Shown here in pieces: positions 30,088 to 43,762 of a stretch of DNA of 64,000 nucleotides (position 1 is its first letter; each line of letters opens with the position of its first letter). Where the stretch lies: contig OX597820.1 in NCBI GenBank assembly GCA_951406725.2, positions 35,154,001 to 35,218,000 of the forward strand, given 5' to 3'. Origin of the DNA: Octopus vulgaris (lineage: Eukaryota). The position numbers and the translations under genes are program-made. Under the pieces are notes generated by a model. It had not been told where the DNA came from. It saw only the letters and a list, made by a program, of their open reading frames with translations, and did not search any database.

Positions 30088-30599
30088 CACATGGTTGCGT
30101 GGTAAGAAGTTTGTTTCCCAATCACATGATTCCGGGTTCGGTCCCACTACGTGACATCTTGGTCAAGTATCTTCTATAGCCCGAGATCGAATCGACCTTG
30201 TGTCAACATGGGTTTCTTAACGACAAAGTAAACCTCATTTAATGAAGATATCCTTGGCCTGAAACGTAGTCTGAGGTATACACCTCACTTCTGAGGTTCT
30301 GCTTGCTGTGAAACATATGCAGTCCGGATTTTATCCACTTCATTCCTTAACTCTTGGATTTTTATTCGCATACCTGGCAACACAGACAACTCTGACAATC
30401 CTGGGTGCCAACCGTGAAATATAAAATTAATTTTTTTCAGCTTATTGTACTTCGATACGGAAAAAAATCACAACCTTCCACCCCAATAAATCACTTCTGT
30501 TCCTGAACGTTGTTTTTTCATAATTTCTACGGATTGCTTGAAGCTCACTTTCTTCCTACACTTCGATCCTTGGATCTATCTATCTACCTACCTACCTAC

Positions 30600-30723
<124 letters not shown>

Positions 30724-30803
30724 GTCTTAACAAACATACAAGAACTCTCTATTCTTGTCTTTTTATATATCTGCCTGCCTGCATCTATTTGTGTGTCTGT
30801 CTG

Positions 30804-30835
<32 letters not shown>

Positions 30836-30848
30836 CCTACCTAGCTAT

Positions 30849-30914
<66 letters not shown>

Positions 30915-31489
30915 GCCCTTCTGTCTGTCTACCTATGTGGTTAATGAGAGACGAATTTTTATCACTACAATTGTTTCGACACATCTAGCATCGATCCCTC
31001 ACGGGTGGGATACTTAACAGCTGGTTCAGGATCATCCGACGGTGCAGATGTGTCTCTTTGGGTGATAGATAGATACAACTCATTAAAATAAAAGTTCCGC
31101 AATGTATCTTTTCAGTTCGTGTAAAGAAAATCAGCAAGTTAAAGGATATAGCTTCATCTATATAGAAGATCAATAATAAAATAACGGATGCAAAACAGAA
31201 TTTACACGCAATACAGCGGAAAAAGTATTAAATATAACTGTTAACGGATGTGGGCGTATTAAACACCCTTGCGTAGGTTGTATGGCGCATTTACACTCGC
31301 TCATACGAGCATCCACGAGGACGTAAGCATATGCACACGTGTGGTTTAGCGCACATACGTTCACATACCGAATTAAATAGCTATTTGGTGTTTAAAAGAA
31401 TGGGGAGGGGAGGGCTAAATTTAATTCATCCATACCTTAAGGTATGGATGAATTATGTTGGCAGTTACTAAAATTCATTCCCATTGCAT

Positions 31490-31900
31490 TGTGCGAAAGT
31501 GCATTTATATGCCTGTAAGCATTTTGAGAGTCTTTCAGAAATTCTATTAATGATCTCATTGGTCTACAGAATAGACAGAGATTCCTTGGAGCAGAGTCGG
31601 TTTCTCCATGAAATGATATTACATAGTTTTGCGTGCCTTACTATGGACTAAGTTGTGCTATACTTAATTTGATCGCTTTAAGTCGCCACACAAAATCGGT
31701 CAAAGATGCTGAATGTCTCTTATTGATTTTCTTGAAGCTGGCTACATGGTTGCGATAATGATTCTTGAATGAATCAGCCGTTGCCCCAATGTAAACATAC
31801 GACCTTCACATTGAGTGCACGGTACATTTATATATACAAGATTTGTACTCGTAAAGAGGTTCATCAATAGACAGCTTGATTCTTCTCTGCGTGAGCAATT
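31490..31900 (-). mobile_element. Penelope-like element GIY-YIG endonuclease remnant
   Basis: Manual minus-strand translation CIYKCTV..SYVYIGATADSFKNHYRNHVASFK..RHSASLTDFVWRLK...LCSKE...INRISERLSKC. Confidence 0.8.
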
Positions 31901-32014
31901 ATTATATTTATTTGTATATATGGCAGTTCTGACTTCGTTTCCGGCGTTGTTACCGTATTAGTTATATCACAATCATTTCTAATACTACGATGTATATATA
32001 TATGTATATATATA

Positions 32015-32339
32015 TCACTCCCTTGGACTTCTTTTTATGGAGTTATGTAAAAGATATCGTGTATCAAACAAAGATATGGGACATTGCTGACTTGAAACAA
32101 AGGATTCATAATGCCATTGTCACCGTTGATGAGGCTATCCTACAGCGAACATGGCAAAGAATCGAGTACCGTCTTGATGTGCTTCTCACAACTAATGGTG
32201 CCCATATTGAGGTCTATTAAATAACAGTTAAAAAAACTATAAATAAACAATTATTACAATAAAATAAATCTGGTTACAATATCATGTCAACTGCCTTTGT
32301 AATAAAACTTTTAAATTGCAAAGAGACTTTATGGACACC

Positions 32340-32342
<3 letters not shown>
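32015..32342 (+). mobile_element. Tc1/mariner transposase C-terminal remnant with right TIR
   Basis: TPLDFFLWSYVKDIVY..DLKQRI...NGAHIE; TIR ...ctttatggacaccctg followed by TA. Confidence 0.88.
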
Positions 32343-32418
<76 letters not shown>

Positions 32419-32514
32419 TGTATGTATGTATGTATGTATGTATGTATGGTTGGATGGATGGATGGATGGATGGATGGATAGATGGATGGATGGATGTATA
32501 TATGTACATATATA

Positions 32515-32870
32515 TAAAATACAAAATGGGACAAGAATGCAAAACATCCGGACAGTTATGTGATACACAAATGGGGCAACAAAACATCCAGATAGATGAT
32601 ACAAAGAAAACAAGGACGGGTCATTCGAAGTTTTCTTTCCTCAGTCAAGTGCCAGATTATCTTCGCAATTTCGGCTGATTATACTTGAGATTGCTCCAAT
32701 CTGGCCACCACCAAGGAAAAACTAAGCTAAGAGCATTAGATTCCTTAGAAGAAAGCAGCGAATGTATACAAAAACAAGGACGGAAGAAAACGAACAATGT
32801 TACACAAATACAATAAAAATGGCAGGACATAACAAAGGTGTCTTTCGACTACGGACGAATTAAATTAAGC
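32515..32870. repeat. Unclassified dispersed repeat family; copies at 3337-3450, 33900-34150 and 62874-63150 in mixed orientation
   Basis: Shared blocks such as aagagcattagattcctt.gaagaaagcagcgaatgtata and ggtgtctttcgacta.ggacgaat. Confidence 0.7.
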
Positions 32871-33691
32871 TAGGGCAAATATATCATTAGACTCTACTAC
32901 TACACATTTGTCACTCCTTTCCCTCTTAACCCCCACCATTCCTTTATCTTTTACACTATAATACCTTTCTCTCTCAATCCCCACTCCTAATTTCAAATTA
33001 TATCCACTGACCACTGACTGATCTATATCTTAATTTTCTTTTTTCTTTATTCCCTTTATTCCTATCTTTAGGGTTATTATTCTTTATTTTTTATTTTTTT
33101 ATTATTTTCTTATTTTTTACTAATCTTCTCTCTCCTTTCTCTTTCATTTTTTCTTTCTCTCCTCTTTTTTCTCTCATTTTTTTCTCTTTATTTCATTCAT
33201 CTCTTCCTATTTTCAATTTGACCATGCTAATACACTCCCTATTTCTAGGTCATTTTAAATACAAACCTTTGACTCTGCAACACTGTATATAAATTCCCTA
33301 CTGGGAATGACCAAGTTTAAAAATCTGCTGGATCTCACTTCTAAGGGAATCTTACATTGCTTATTAACTCTATATTTGGAAGGACTCATATTAAACTCAG
33401 TTGGACTTTTGGATTTTACTCAAAGGACATTGGAATATTGCATATATACTATTATGCCTATAAAACGGATTTACAACTTCAATACCCATACATATCTTAC
33501 ATCTATTTTCTTTCCTCCACCTCACTCTCTATTTTGTATCACATCTAAACTAACTATGACTTAATTTTTTTCTCACACCATCTCCGATGAAGGGATATTA
33601 TTAATTAATATCCTAGAAGCATCTGTAAGACCTTCTATCTATAAATGCTCTAATATCTATACAGCTTTGGTCTTATTACGCAAAAAATTCT

Positions 33692-33801
<110 letters not shown>

Positions 33802-34255
33802 TGTGTATGTACACACACATGTATGTATGCATACACACTCATATTTTCATATTTATAGACAGATACATACATACATACATACATATATATATATATAAAT
33901 CCCCCAAACGGAATAAGAACGTAACGGATGACAATAAAAACATTCAGATAGATAATACAAAGACGGACTGGAAAAACCAGGGTGGATCACTCGTGTTCCT
34001 CTATTCATCAGTTAAGCTTTCAATTATCATTACAGTTTCGGCTTATTAAACTTGAGACTGTTCAAAATTGGTAGGCTCCAAAAATCTAAGGTAAGAGCAT
34101 TACATTTTTAGAAGAAAGGAAGCAAATGTGTACAAAACAGACATAAAACGAGAAATATATATATACGTCATACATACATCCTACATAATACAGACATGCA
34201 TACATACATACATACATACATACATACATACATACATACATACATACATACACAT

Positions 34256-34286
<31 letters not shown>

Positions 34287-34299
34287 AATACATACATGC

Positions 34300-34336
<37 letters not shown>

Positions 34337-34350
34337 CATACATGCATATG

Positions 34351-34384
<34 letters not shown>

Positions 34385-34766
34385 TATATACATATACTCT
34401 TTATCGTTTATTAAACTTTTAATACTTTTGATATATATTATAACAAAAAATAATAATAAATTAATAAATAAAATAATATATAAATATAAAAATATACATA
34501 CATACATATATATTTGTATATATATATATAAAATTTATAAGTTTAAATTATTTAAATAATTTTTTTATTTTTAACTTTTATATTTTCAAATTAATTTTAT
34601 GTATTGGCTTATGTTTTTCAGTTTGATTTGCCTAATAGGGGTTTTATCTCTAATTTTATATAATATAATATAATATATTTATACTATAAAATTGGATTTA
34701 ATCCTAAATCTAATTTTTCCCTGTAAGTTTGGATTTATTCCCTAATATTATTATTATATGTATATA

Positions 34767-34850
<84 letters not shown>

Positions 34851-35484
34851 TACACACATATATACGTACATATAGACACATACACACACACATACGTAAA
34901 TGTTGAACGATGGAAATGAGGGCTCAACACCGCATTGGTGGATATAATTTCTATATTTTTTAATTAAGGCTACCATTAGTTTCATGTTAATAAAAGGAAA
35001 ATGTCCTAGCGTCTTTACAGCTTTTCAAGCCAGTCACATGGAGAAAGGTATTCCCCCTCCATTTTAGAAAACATATATTTTGGAAAATATATTTATGCAC
35101 ACAAAACTCCATTATCAACCAACCCACGACTACCAATACACCACGCGTCACGCTAACGTAAAGGCGTAAATCTATTCTCCAATGAAACCAAATACAGATA
35201 CCGGATTTGCTAGAAAGGACAATTAAATGCCTTTAAATTACACCCGATCACCGTAAGCATGTACGACATACAGAGTAAACAAACAAGCTAGTAAACAGAT
35301 AAAGAAAGACGGTATTGTCACACCTGGATGGTTTTGATCTATTTTGCTCATGGCTGAACTGAGACTGAATAACATCTATGCCCTGATTCCTACACAAGTT
35401 CCTGTTCTTTTGTCATTCAATCGAGCCGCCTGCTTACCTGCTTGCTTGCCTGTCTATCTGTCTGTGTGTCAGTCTATCTATCTA

Positions 35485-35543
<59 letters not shown>

Positions 35544-35736
35544 ATATCTATATATCTGTCTGTGCGTCTGTTTGTGTATATCTGTCTGTCGGTCCGTATC
35601 TCTTTCTCCTCTCTCTCTCTCACCTGTCTCTCTCTCCTCTCCCTCTCGCTCCTCTCCCTCTATCCCCTCTCCCCCCTTTCTCTCTCTATATATATATACA
35701 TTAACAGATTCAACATATATATATATATATACTCTC

Positions 35737-36134
35737 CCTTTACTCTCTTTTACTTGTTTCCGTCATTTGACTGCGGCCATGCTGGAGCACCGCCTTTAAT
35801 CGAGCAACTCGACCCCGGGACTTATTTTTTGTAAGCCCAGTACTTATTCTATCGGTCTCTTTTGCCGAACCGCTAAGTAACGGGGACATAAACACACCAG
35901 CATCGGTTGTCAAGCAATGCTAGATGGACAAACACAGACACAGAAACACACACACGCATATATATATACACATATATGACGGGCTTCTTTCAGTTTCAGT
36001 CTACCAAATCCACTCACAAGGCTTTGGTCGGCCCGAGGCTATAGTAGAAGACACTTGCCCAAGATGCCACGCAGGGGGACTGAACCCAGAACCATGTGGT
36101 TGGTAAACAAGTTACTTACCACACAGCCACTCCT

Positions 36135-36139
<5 letters not shown>
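35737..36139 (-). mobile_element. SINE family A, full length
   Basis: Complete reverse-complement copy. Confidence 0.93.
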
Positions 36140-36197
<58 letters not shown>

Positions 36198-36208
36198 TGC
36201 CTATATCT

Positions 36209-36284
<76 letters not shown>

Positions 36285-36426
36285 CCAGTCTGTTTGACTG
36301 TCCATCTATCTGAGTGTTTGCTTGTGTGTGTGTGCCTGTATGTCTATATCTGCCGGTCAGTCTCTTTCGCTTCCTCTCTCTCTCTATCTCTCTCTCTGTC
36401 TATCTATCTATCTGTCTGTCTGCCCG

Positions 36427-36476
<50 letters not shown>

Positions 36477-36524
36477 TATCTGTCTCTGCCTACATTTCTA
36501 TCTATCTACCTATCGACCTATCTG

Positions 36525-36559
<35 letters not shown>

Positions 36560-36755
36560 GTCAATCGATCTATCGATCTGTTTTTCTGTCTGTCCGTCTG
36601 ACCGATTTATTTCCAATATCTTTCCCACGTAATTCTGTGTGCGTGTGTGCCAGCGTACATGCATATATACGCCTGTGTGTGTCTGCATCTATGTCTGAGT
36701 GTGTGTGAGAATCGCTTGTATCTGCGCGCGCACGCGTGTGTAATAATTTCTCTCC

Positions 36756-36990
36756 CCACACGTCAACGTTCCTCCTTATGCTATAATATAAACAAAGACA
36801 TCTTCAGCCGTATAGTATCCCAGTGAGTCAAAATCGTACCACACGTCGATGTCATTACGCGTTGTGACGTAGTTAATCTATCGGACCAATCAGATACCGC
36901 TGATGCAACCCCATAGTAAACTACTTTCTCTAGTTCTCTGTCACACTCCAGTTAACTACCTCCTACCACCTCTCTTTCCCTCCTACCCTC

Positions 36991-37086
<96 letters not shown>

Positions 37087-37114
37087 AATATCTCGCTAAT
37101 CATTATTATCTTTA

Positions 37115-37169
<55 letters not shown>

Positions 37170-37250
37170 CACTCGCTCGCTCACTCGCTCGCTCCTTCGT
37201 TCTTTCACGTATATTAGTTATCCGTGACGTAAATATTTTCTGACCAATCA
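36756..37250. promoter_or_regulatory. Candidate cis-regulatory cluster (CRE/ATF half-sites, AP-1, CCAAT, C/EBP-ATF-like site)
   Basis: acgtca 36760, tgagtca 36824, tgacgta 36865, ccaat 36886, tgatgcaac 36901, tgacgtaa 37225, ccaat 37244, in CpG-retaining unique DNA. Confidence 0.3.
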
Positions 37251-37297
37251 AATTCTAGTTCCTAATACATTTATTTGTTTATTTATTTTAGTTTCAG

Positions 37298-37328
37298 CAA
37301 TGACATCCAGGTTACACTCATTGCACCT
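37298..37328 (+). CDS. Candidate 31-bp coding micro-exon (xNDIQVTLIAP)
   Basis: Acceptor ttattttagtttcag, donor gtatgt; phase 2 to phase 0, compatible with the 40408 exon. Confidence 0.4.
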
Positions 37329-37419
37329 GTATGTTAGATGGTATCGCTACCGCTTCTGCCGCTGCTGAAACCGCTCCCGTTGTTGTTGCTGCTGCTGCTG
37401 CTGCCGCTGCTGAAGAAGA

Positions 37420-37473
37420 TGATGATGATGACCACAATGATGATGATGATGATGACGATGACGATGATGATGG

Positions 37474-37537
<64 letters not shown>

Positions 37538-37662
37538 GACCACAATGATGATGGTGATGATGATGATGATAACGATGATGATGATGACCACGATGATGAT
37601 GGTGATGATGATGATGATGACCATGGTGATGATGATGATGATGATGCTGATGATGATGATGC
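37420..37662. repeat. (GAT)n compound trinucleotide repeat
   Basis: Directly visible; source of the poly-D/M/I ORFs. Confidence 0.95.
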
Positions 37663-38177
37663 AGCTTCTGCTGTTGCTGCTACTCATGTTGATGATAACG
37701 ATACTATTGCTTTTTATACATTTTTGCTTTCCTTTTCTATTTTCTTTCTGCATTCTATTAGTCATCTATTCTTTTACTTATATCATTCAGTGGACTGCGG
37801 CCATAATGGAGTTCCGACTTGCAATGTTCTAGTCAAATCAATTCAAGTTTCTAGATTCGTTTTCAAAAAAGAAAAAAAAAATGTTACTTATTTTATCGAT
37901 CATGTAAACGAACCGCGATGTTGCGTGTAAAGGCTCTGAGAGAAACTTAGCAAGGTTGAACGACAAGTGCTATTTGGGACCCCAGATGATGGCATTAGGG
38001 AAAAGCGCGCAGATAGCTACGATCCTCTCCTTAGTATTCTGGGACCCCGACCAACGTACCGGCTAACATCCCTCCACTTCCTAAAGGTCCAAGTTACAGG
38101 GACGCAAACACACCAACAAACACTAAAACAAAGGCTCGCATACAGATATACGTACATATATACATGCATACATACAT

Positions 38178-38230
<53 letters not shown>

Positions 38231-38629
38231 CATGCATATTTACATATGCGTAGTGAAGGCACGTGGCTAACTGGTTAGGGTATTCGGCTCATGAATGTAA
38301 GTTTTTCTGAGTTCAATTACTAGTGCTGCACTACGCCTTTGAGCAAAACACTTTATTTCACTTTGCTTTAGGTGCTGCGCACTGGGTTTGAGCCTGAAGT
38401 TACGCGACTCCAAAACGTACTTCTCAACCACTCAACGTAGACATTTGTTCTCCTTTATTTTACTCTTCGCAATAAGAATTCCTCGCTTGCAACGCATTTT
38501 TTGTTGTTTAGTTCCAGTCAATCCAGATTCAGTAGACCTATGGTCAAAGGCGATCTATCCGTGACTATTTCATCTTATTTTGAAGTAGAGCAGAACCAAC
38601 AGAATCCATAACAGGAATCGAAACTAGAA

Positions 38630-39400
38630 CCGCTTGTTTCAGTTATTGGACAGTGGCCATGCTGGGGTACAGACTTGAAAAGTTTTAATCGAACGAATCA
38701 AACCCGGTACTTGTTTTTGTTTCTAAGTCTGGAACATGGTGCACAGCTACAGGGGTGTAAACAAACCAACGCCAGTTGTCAAGCGATGGAGACGATGGGG
38801 GCAAACACAGACACAAAGACACACACGCGTGGCTGTGTGGTAAGAAGCTTGCTTCCCAACCACATAGTTCTGGGTTCTGTTCCACTGCATGGCATCCACT
38901 GTAGTGTCTTTTACTATAGTCTCAGACTGACTAAAACCCTGTGAGATTTTTAGACGAAAACTGAAAGACACCCATTGTATATGTGTGTGTGTGTGTGTGT
39001 GTTTGTGTGTGTGTGTGCGTGCGTGTGTGTGTGTGTGCGTGCGTGTATGTGTGAGTGTGTGTGTCTGTCTGTCTGTGTTTGTATGCTACTACTGCTTGAG
39101 AACTGGTGTCAGTGTGTTTATGTCCCCGTGACATAGCGGTTCGGCAATATGGACAAGGCTTTAAAAAATTACTGGGGTCAATTCATTCGTCTAAAAATTC
39201 TCCTGTGGTGCTCCACCATGGCCGCAGTCTACTGACCTAAGCAAGATAAAGGTAAAAGATATACGACGGGCTTCCACACAGTTTCCACCAACCAAGTTCA
39301 GGCATTGGTCGTTCCGGGAGTATAGTAGAAAACACTTGCCCAAGTTGTTGCAGAGCGGGACTAGGTCCAAAACCCTGTGGATGCTAAGCGTGTTTCTTAA
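38630..39400. mobile_element. Nested SINE A copies (plus copy inside a minus copy)
   Basis: Minus 3' half 38630-38825, plus copy 38830-39260, minus 5' half 39262-39400. Confidence 0.75.
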
Positions 39401-39689
39401 TCAAATAAGCATGCATGTCTAAAGTATTAGAAATAACAGCTAAATTACCCTCAAATCCTCACACTAAGGCTTCGAAAAAATTTAATTTACTCCCAGAAGA
39501 GCACCGGGTGGGCACAGTTGGAACGCCTGAAGGGCTAAAACCTACCAACGTCTCCGACAACATCAATAGAACTGCCTGGTTATAGTAATCAGATCAATTA
39601 AAATCCTTTACTACTGTCTTAAAAAATATAATGTAGTTTCTAAAGGATACAGGATAGTCACGGATGGAATGCCTGTAGAGATAAGAGAT

Positions 39690-40097
39690 CGGTGAACTGG
39701 CAGAATCGCTAGCACGCCGGGTGAAATGCTTAGCGGTATTTCGTCTGCCGCTACGTTCTGAGTTCAAATTCCGCCGAGGTCGACTTGGCCTTTCATCCTT
39801 TCGGGGTCGAAAAATTAAGTACCAGTTACACACTGGGGTCGAAATAATCGATTTTTCCGTTTGTCTGTCCTTTTTGTCCCCCTCTGTGTGTAGCCCCTTG
39901 TGGTCAGTAAAGAAATAGGTATTTCGTCCGCCGTGAGTTCAAATTCCGCCGAGGTCGACTTTACCTTTCATCCTTTCGGGGGTCGATAAATTAAGTACCA
40001 GTTACGCACTGGGATCGATCTAATCGACTTAATCCCTTTGTCTGCCCTTGTTTGTCCCCTCTATGTTTAGCCCCTTGTGGGCAGTAAAGAAATAAGA
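39690..40097 (+). mobile_element. SINE family B with tandemly duplicated 3' portion
   Basis: Core and tail repeated at ~39740-39917 and ~39918-40097. Confidence 0.9.
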
Positions 40098-40407
40098 GTT
40101 ACCAGTAGACTAAACAACTAACAGACTAGTTGGCAGTGCTGATTAAGTTAGATCCTGTTTTAACAGAGCAAAAATAAGTGCGTGCGAATTTATGTTAGTG
40201 AGAAACACAAGCAATCAGCATTTCCACCTCGTGGCCTCACCAATAATCACAAATGTACAGTTATCATTGTGTGAACTGTTTTATCATTATTATTATTATT
40301 ATTTTTCTCGACAACGTCAGTTAAATTTTATCGTATTTTCAAGGTCGTGTAGGTTTGTCGTCAGTGTATTTATTGCTCCTTATCTTCCTGGGGTTATTGT
40401 TTCTCAG

Positions 40408-40471
40408 CAAGCAAAGCAGGTCCGTAAAGAAACAGAGAACAACACGGTGGCACTCGAGAGGGCGAGATTGT
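40408..40471 (+). CDS. Candidate 64-bp coding exon (QAKQVRKETENNTVALERARL)
   Basis: Acceptor ttattgtttctcag, donor gtatgt; purine-rich non-repetitive sequence, open in phase 0 to 1. Confidence 0.45.
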
Positions 40472-40810
40472 GTATGTTACCGATTTTGAAGGAAACTTTC
40501 ATCTATCGTCGATGAAAGACAAGATGTGTGTATGTGTGCGTGTGTCTGGGGGTGGGGGTCGTTTTGGTGCAGAAAAACACATTTTTCTGTTATTTATTTA
40601 CTTTTCTAAATCGTTATCGTTCTTAATTTTATCATGTGATCAGTTATTTGTACAAATTAAGTACGTAAATATGAAAGATGTGTATGTATGTATCTATATA
40701 CGCATGTAAACGCACACACACACTCACAAACACACACGCACGCGCGCATACCCACATATACATACACATATGTATGTAAATATAAATATGTGTGTGTATG
40801 TTTGTATTGA

Positions 40811-41160
40811 GGCCAGAAGAAACGCTACAAGGACTCCCTGAAAACGAACCTCAAAAAGTATGACATCGACTTCACTAACTGGGAAGAAACGGCAAAAATC
40901 AGACCACTCTGGAAAACCACCATCCATGAGGGAACGGCGACTTTCGAGTCGAAAAGGTCTGCAGAGCTGGAGGAGAAAAGACGACGACGGAAGGAGCGCC
41001 AACAACAACCACGTGCGACTCTCCCTTCCGGCACTAGATGTCCGCACTGCGACCGATCTTTTCAAGCAAGAATTGGTCTTATCGGTCACCTACGGACTCA
41101 CCAGTAAATTTGCGCGAAGATCATCATCCTCGACCTTGAGGGATTGCCATCATCATCATG
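40811..41160 (+). mobile_element. RTE-clade LINE, 5'-truncated 3' end
   Basis: Open frame GQKKRYKDSLKTNLKK..DFTNWEE.A..R.LW...CPHCDRSFQARIGLIGHLRTHQ*; cctc/gagg hairpin and (cat)n tail. Confidence 0.92.
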
Positions 41161-41169
41161 TATATATAT

Positions 41170-41445
41170 GTTTCTTTACTGTCCACAAGGGGCTAAACAT
41201 AGAGGGGACAAACAAGGACAGACAAAGGGATTAAGTCGATTACATGGACCCCAGTGCGAAACTGTTACTTTATTTATCGTCCCCGAAAGGATGAAAGACA
41301 AAGTCGACCTCGGCGGAATTTGAACTCAGAACGTAACGACAGACGAAATACCTGTTTCTTTATTACCCACAAGGGGACAAACGACAGACGAAATACTGCT
41401 AAGCATTTCGCCCGGCATGCTAACGTTTCTGCCAGCTCGCCGCCA
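41170..41445 (-). mobile_element. SINE family B, tail type 1
   Basis: Reverse-complement copy with a short internal duplication. Confidence 0.88.
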
Positions 41446-41988
41446 TTTGTATGTATATATATATAATATAATATAATATAATATAATATAATATAATATA
41501 ATATAATATGATATGATATGACACGACACGACACGACATGACACGACACGACACGACACGACACGGCACGGCACGGCACGGCACCGCGCCGCGCCGCACC
41601 CACCGCACCGCACCGCATCATTAGGACGTACGCATACGTCTACCGGCTAGAAATGAGGGATCTGCGCAGTTTGGCGTACAGATTTTTGAAATAATTTTTT
41701 TTTAACCAAACAGTTTGAAACTTTGAATACAGGTAGAATTTCTCACCCAGAACACGGTTTACGTTGAATATTCCTGACAAAATTACGTACTTCAGAAGTT
41801 ATTTCGTGTAAAGTTGTCGTATTTGGGTAATTTTAGCCAATCAAAGCCGTGTATTCAGTTGAAAAAATATATTGTTGTTTGCGATAGTAATCGAAGAGGT
41901 ACAACACACACACACGTGTGCGTGTGTGTGTGTGCAAGGGATAGAGAGAGGAAAAGAAGAGAACAAGGAAAGAGTGATATATAAACAG

Positions 41989-42032
<44 letters not shown>

Positions 42033-42041
42033 CTGTGTGTG

Positions 42042-42081
<40 letters not shown>

Positions 42082-42152
42082 GATATGTATGTACACACAC
42101 ACATAAACACACACACACACAGACACACACACAGACACACACACACACACAC

Positions 42153-42209
<57 letters not shown>

Positions 42210-42241
42210 TATATTTATATATACATGCATACATAAATATA

Positions 42242-43640
42242 CAGGGTGTCCCAAAAGAATGTGCTTACTCTATAAATGACAATAAATACATTATTTATTG
42301 ATTTTGAAGCTAGATCAATGGTGAAATGCATAAATGGATACATGCATGTTTACAAATGTTCAAACTGACGCCCATCGATTACGAAACATAACTAATAGCA
42401 CAGATCAATGGATTCAACAGCGTTTGGAACTGTGAGATATTGTCTTTCAATTTCCTCTTTTATCTCATCGACTCTTGCCGGTTTTGAGCCGTAAGCCTTA
42501 TCTTTGAGATAACCCCGCAAATAGAAGTCCAGTAGAGTGAGATCTGGAGAAAGTTTCGGCAATTCATCACCATCTCTTCGCCTAATCCATCTGCTCGGAA
42601 AAGTTGCATCAAAATCGGTCCTTACATCACGATAGCAGTGAGGTGGCGCTCCTTCTTGCTGAAAGTAAATCTCTTAGTCACCGAACAACTCTTCGACGAC
42701 GCGTGGAACGACGGATTCCAGCAACAAGTTTAGATAAACATCTCCAGTGACAGTTTGGTCGAAAAAGAATGGCTCTAGGATGCCCAATGCTGATATCCCA
42801 AAGCACACTGTAACCCTTAGTATGTTCTAATGATGTTCCATAGTAACATGCAGATTTTCAGGTGCCCAACACGTGCAATTGTATGGGTCAATTCAGCCAT
42901 TTGACTTAAAGCTAGCCTTATTGCTCCAAATGATTTTGAATAGAAATATTGCATACTAGCTGACCACGTGCCGTCAATAATGACGGCTAATTGTAGTATT
43001 TTATATATAAACAAGGTGCAAAATAAGATACATAATAATCACTCATACAAACATTGACACACTTCTCTTGCACACGCATACACATACACGCATATATTCA
43101 CACAGAGTTGAAACACTTATTTTTCGCCCCTTCCTTCCTTATTCATCTATCACCCCTTTCTCTCATTGATATTACTTTCTCTCATTCCTTCTCAGTCAGG
43201 GCTATTACTCTCACTACTTCTCCTTCACTGAATTACGATTTTCTCTTCTCCTCCGCGTCGGGCGAGATTCTGGACAAATTTATCTATATACAAATATAAA
43301 AAACACACTTTGTTCATTATTGTATTGGGAAATTCCTCTCATCTTTCCCAGATACTATTCACAAAATTCAGCTCTCCGGTCAGAATAGTCTTTATCGAGG
43401 GCATGGATTAATGTTGGGATGTAACATTTTCAATGAGCTCGTTTCAAAATTAAATGGTTCGCTTCGTTTGGGGATTTCTGCCTCACGAGCCATTTATCGT
43501 ACATATTTCAGCGGGGATCGGTGGAGGGTTTTCAGCAATTGTTTTACCTTTGCAGGGCTGGTTTATGACCGTGTTCTTCATGAACGCCCCTTATGCACAG
43601 TCATGCACAATTCCATCTTATTCAAACCTATCTATAACAT
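42242..43640 (-). mobile_element. Decayed Tc1/mariner element, interrupted at about 42815-43330
   Basis: TA plus TIR cagggtgtcccaaaa; minus-strand SPDLTLLDFYLRGYLKDK and YFQQEGAPPH; N-terminal part KGRS*RTRS..RSPLKYVR*MARE..HALDKDYSDRRAEFC at 43340-43630. Confidence 0.85.
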
Positions 43641-43762
43641 CGCTCCACGTACACACACGCACAAATACATACACACACTCACACAAACACACAGACACAC
43701 GCACATACGTGCGCGCACACCAAACGTTGTCTTGGTGGATGTTGGCGAAAATGTTTTCTACA

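Noticed and set aside
37331-37930. 199-aa poly-Ala/poly-Asp ORF resembling acidic biomineral proteins
   Set aside because: Pure (GCT)/(GAT) repeat open in several frames; no signal peptide; starts immediately after a splice-donor-like GT.
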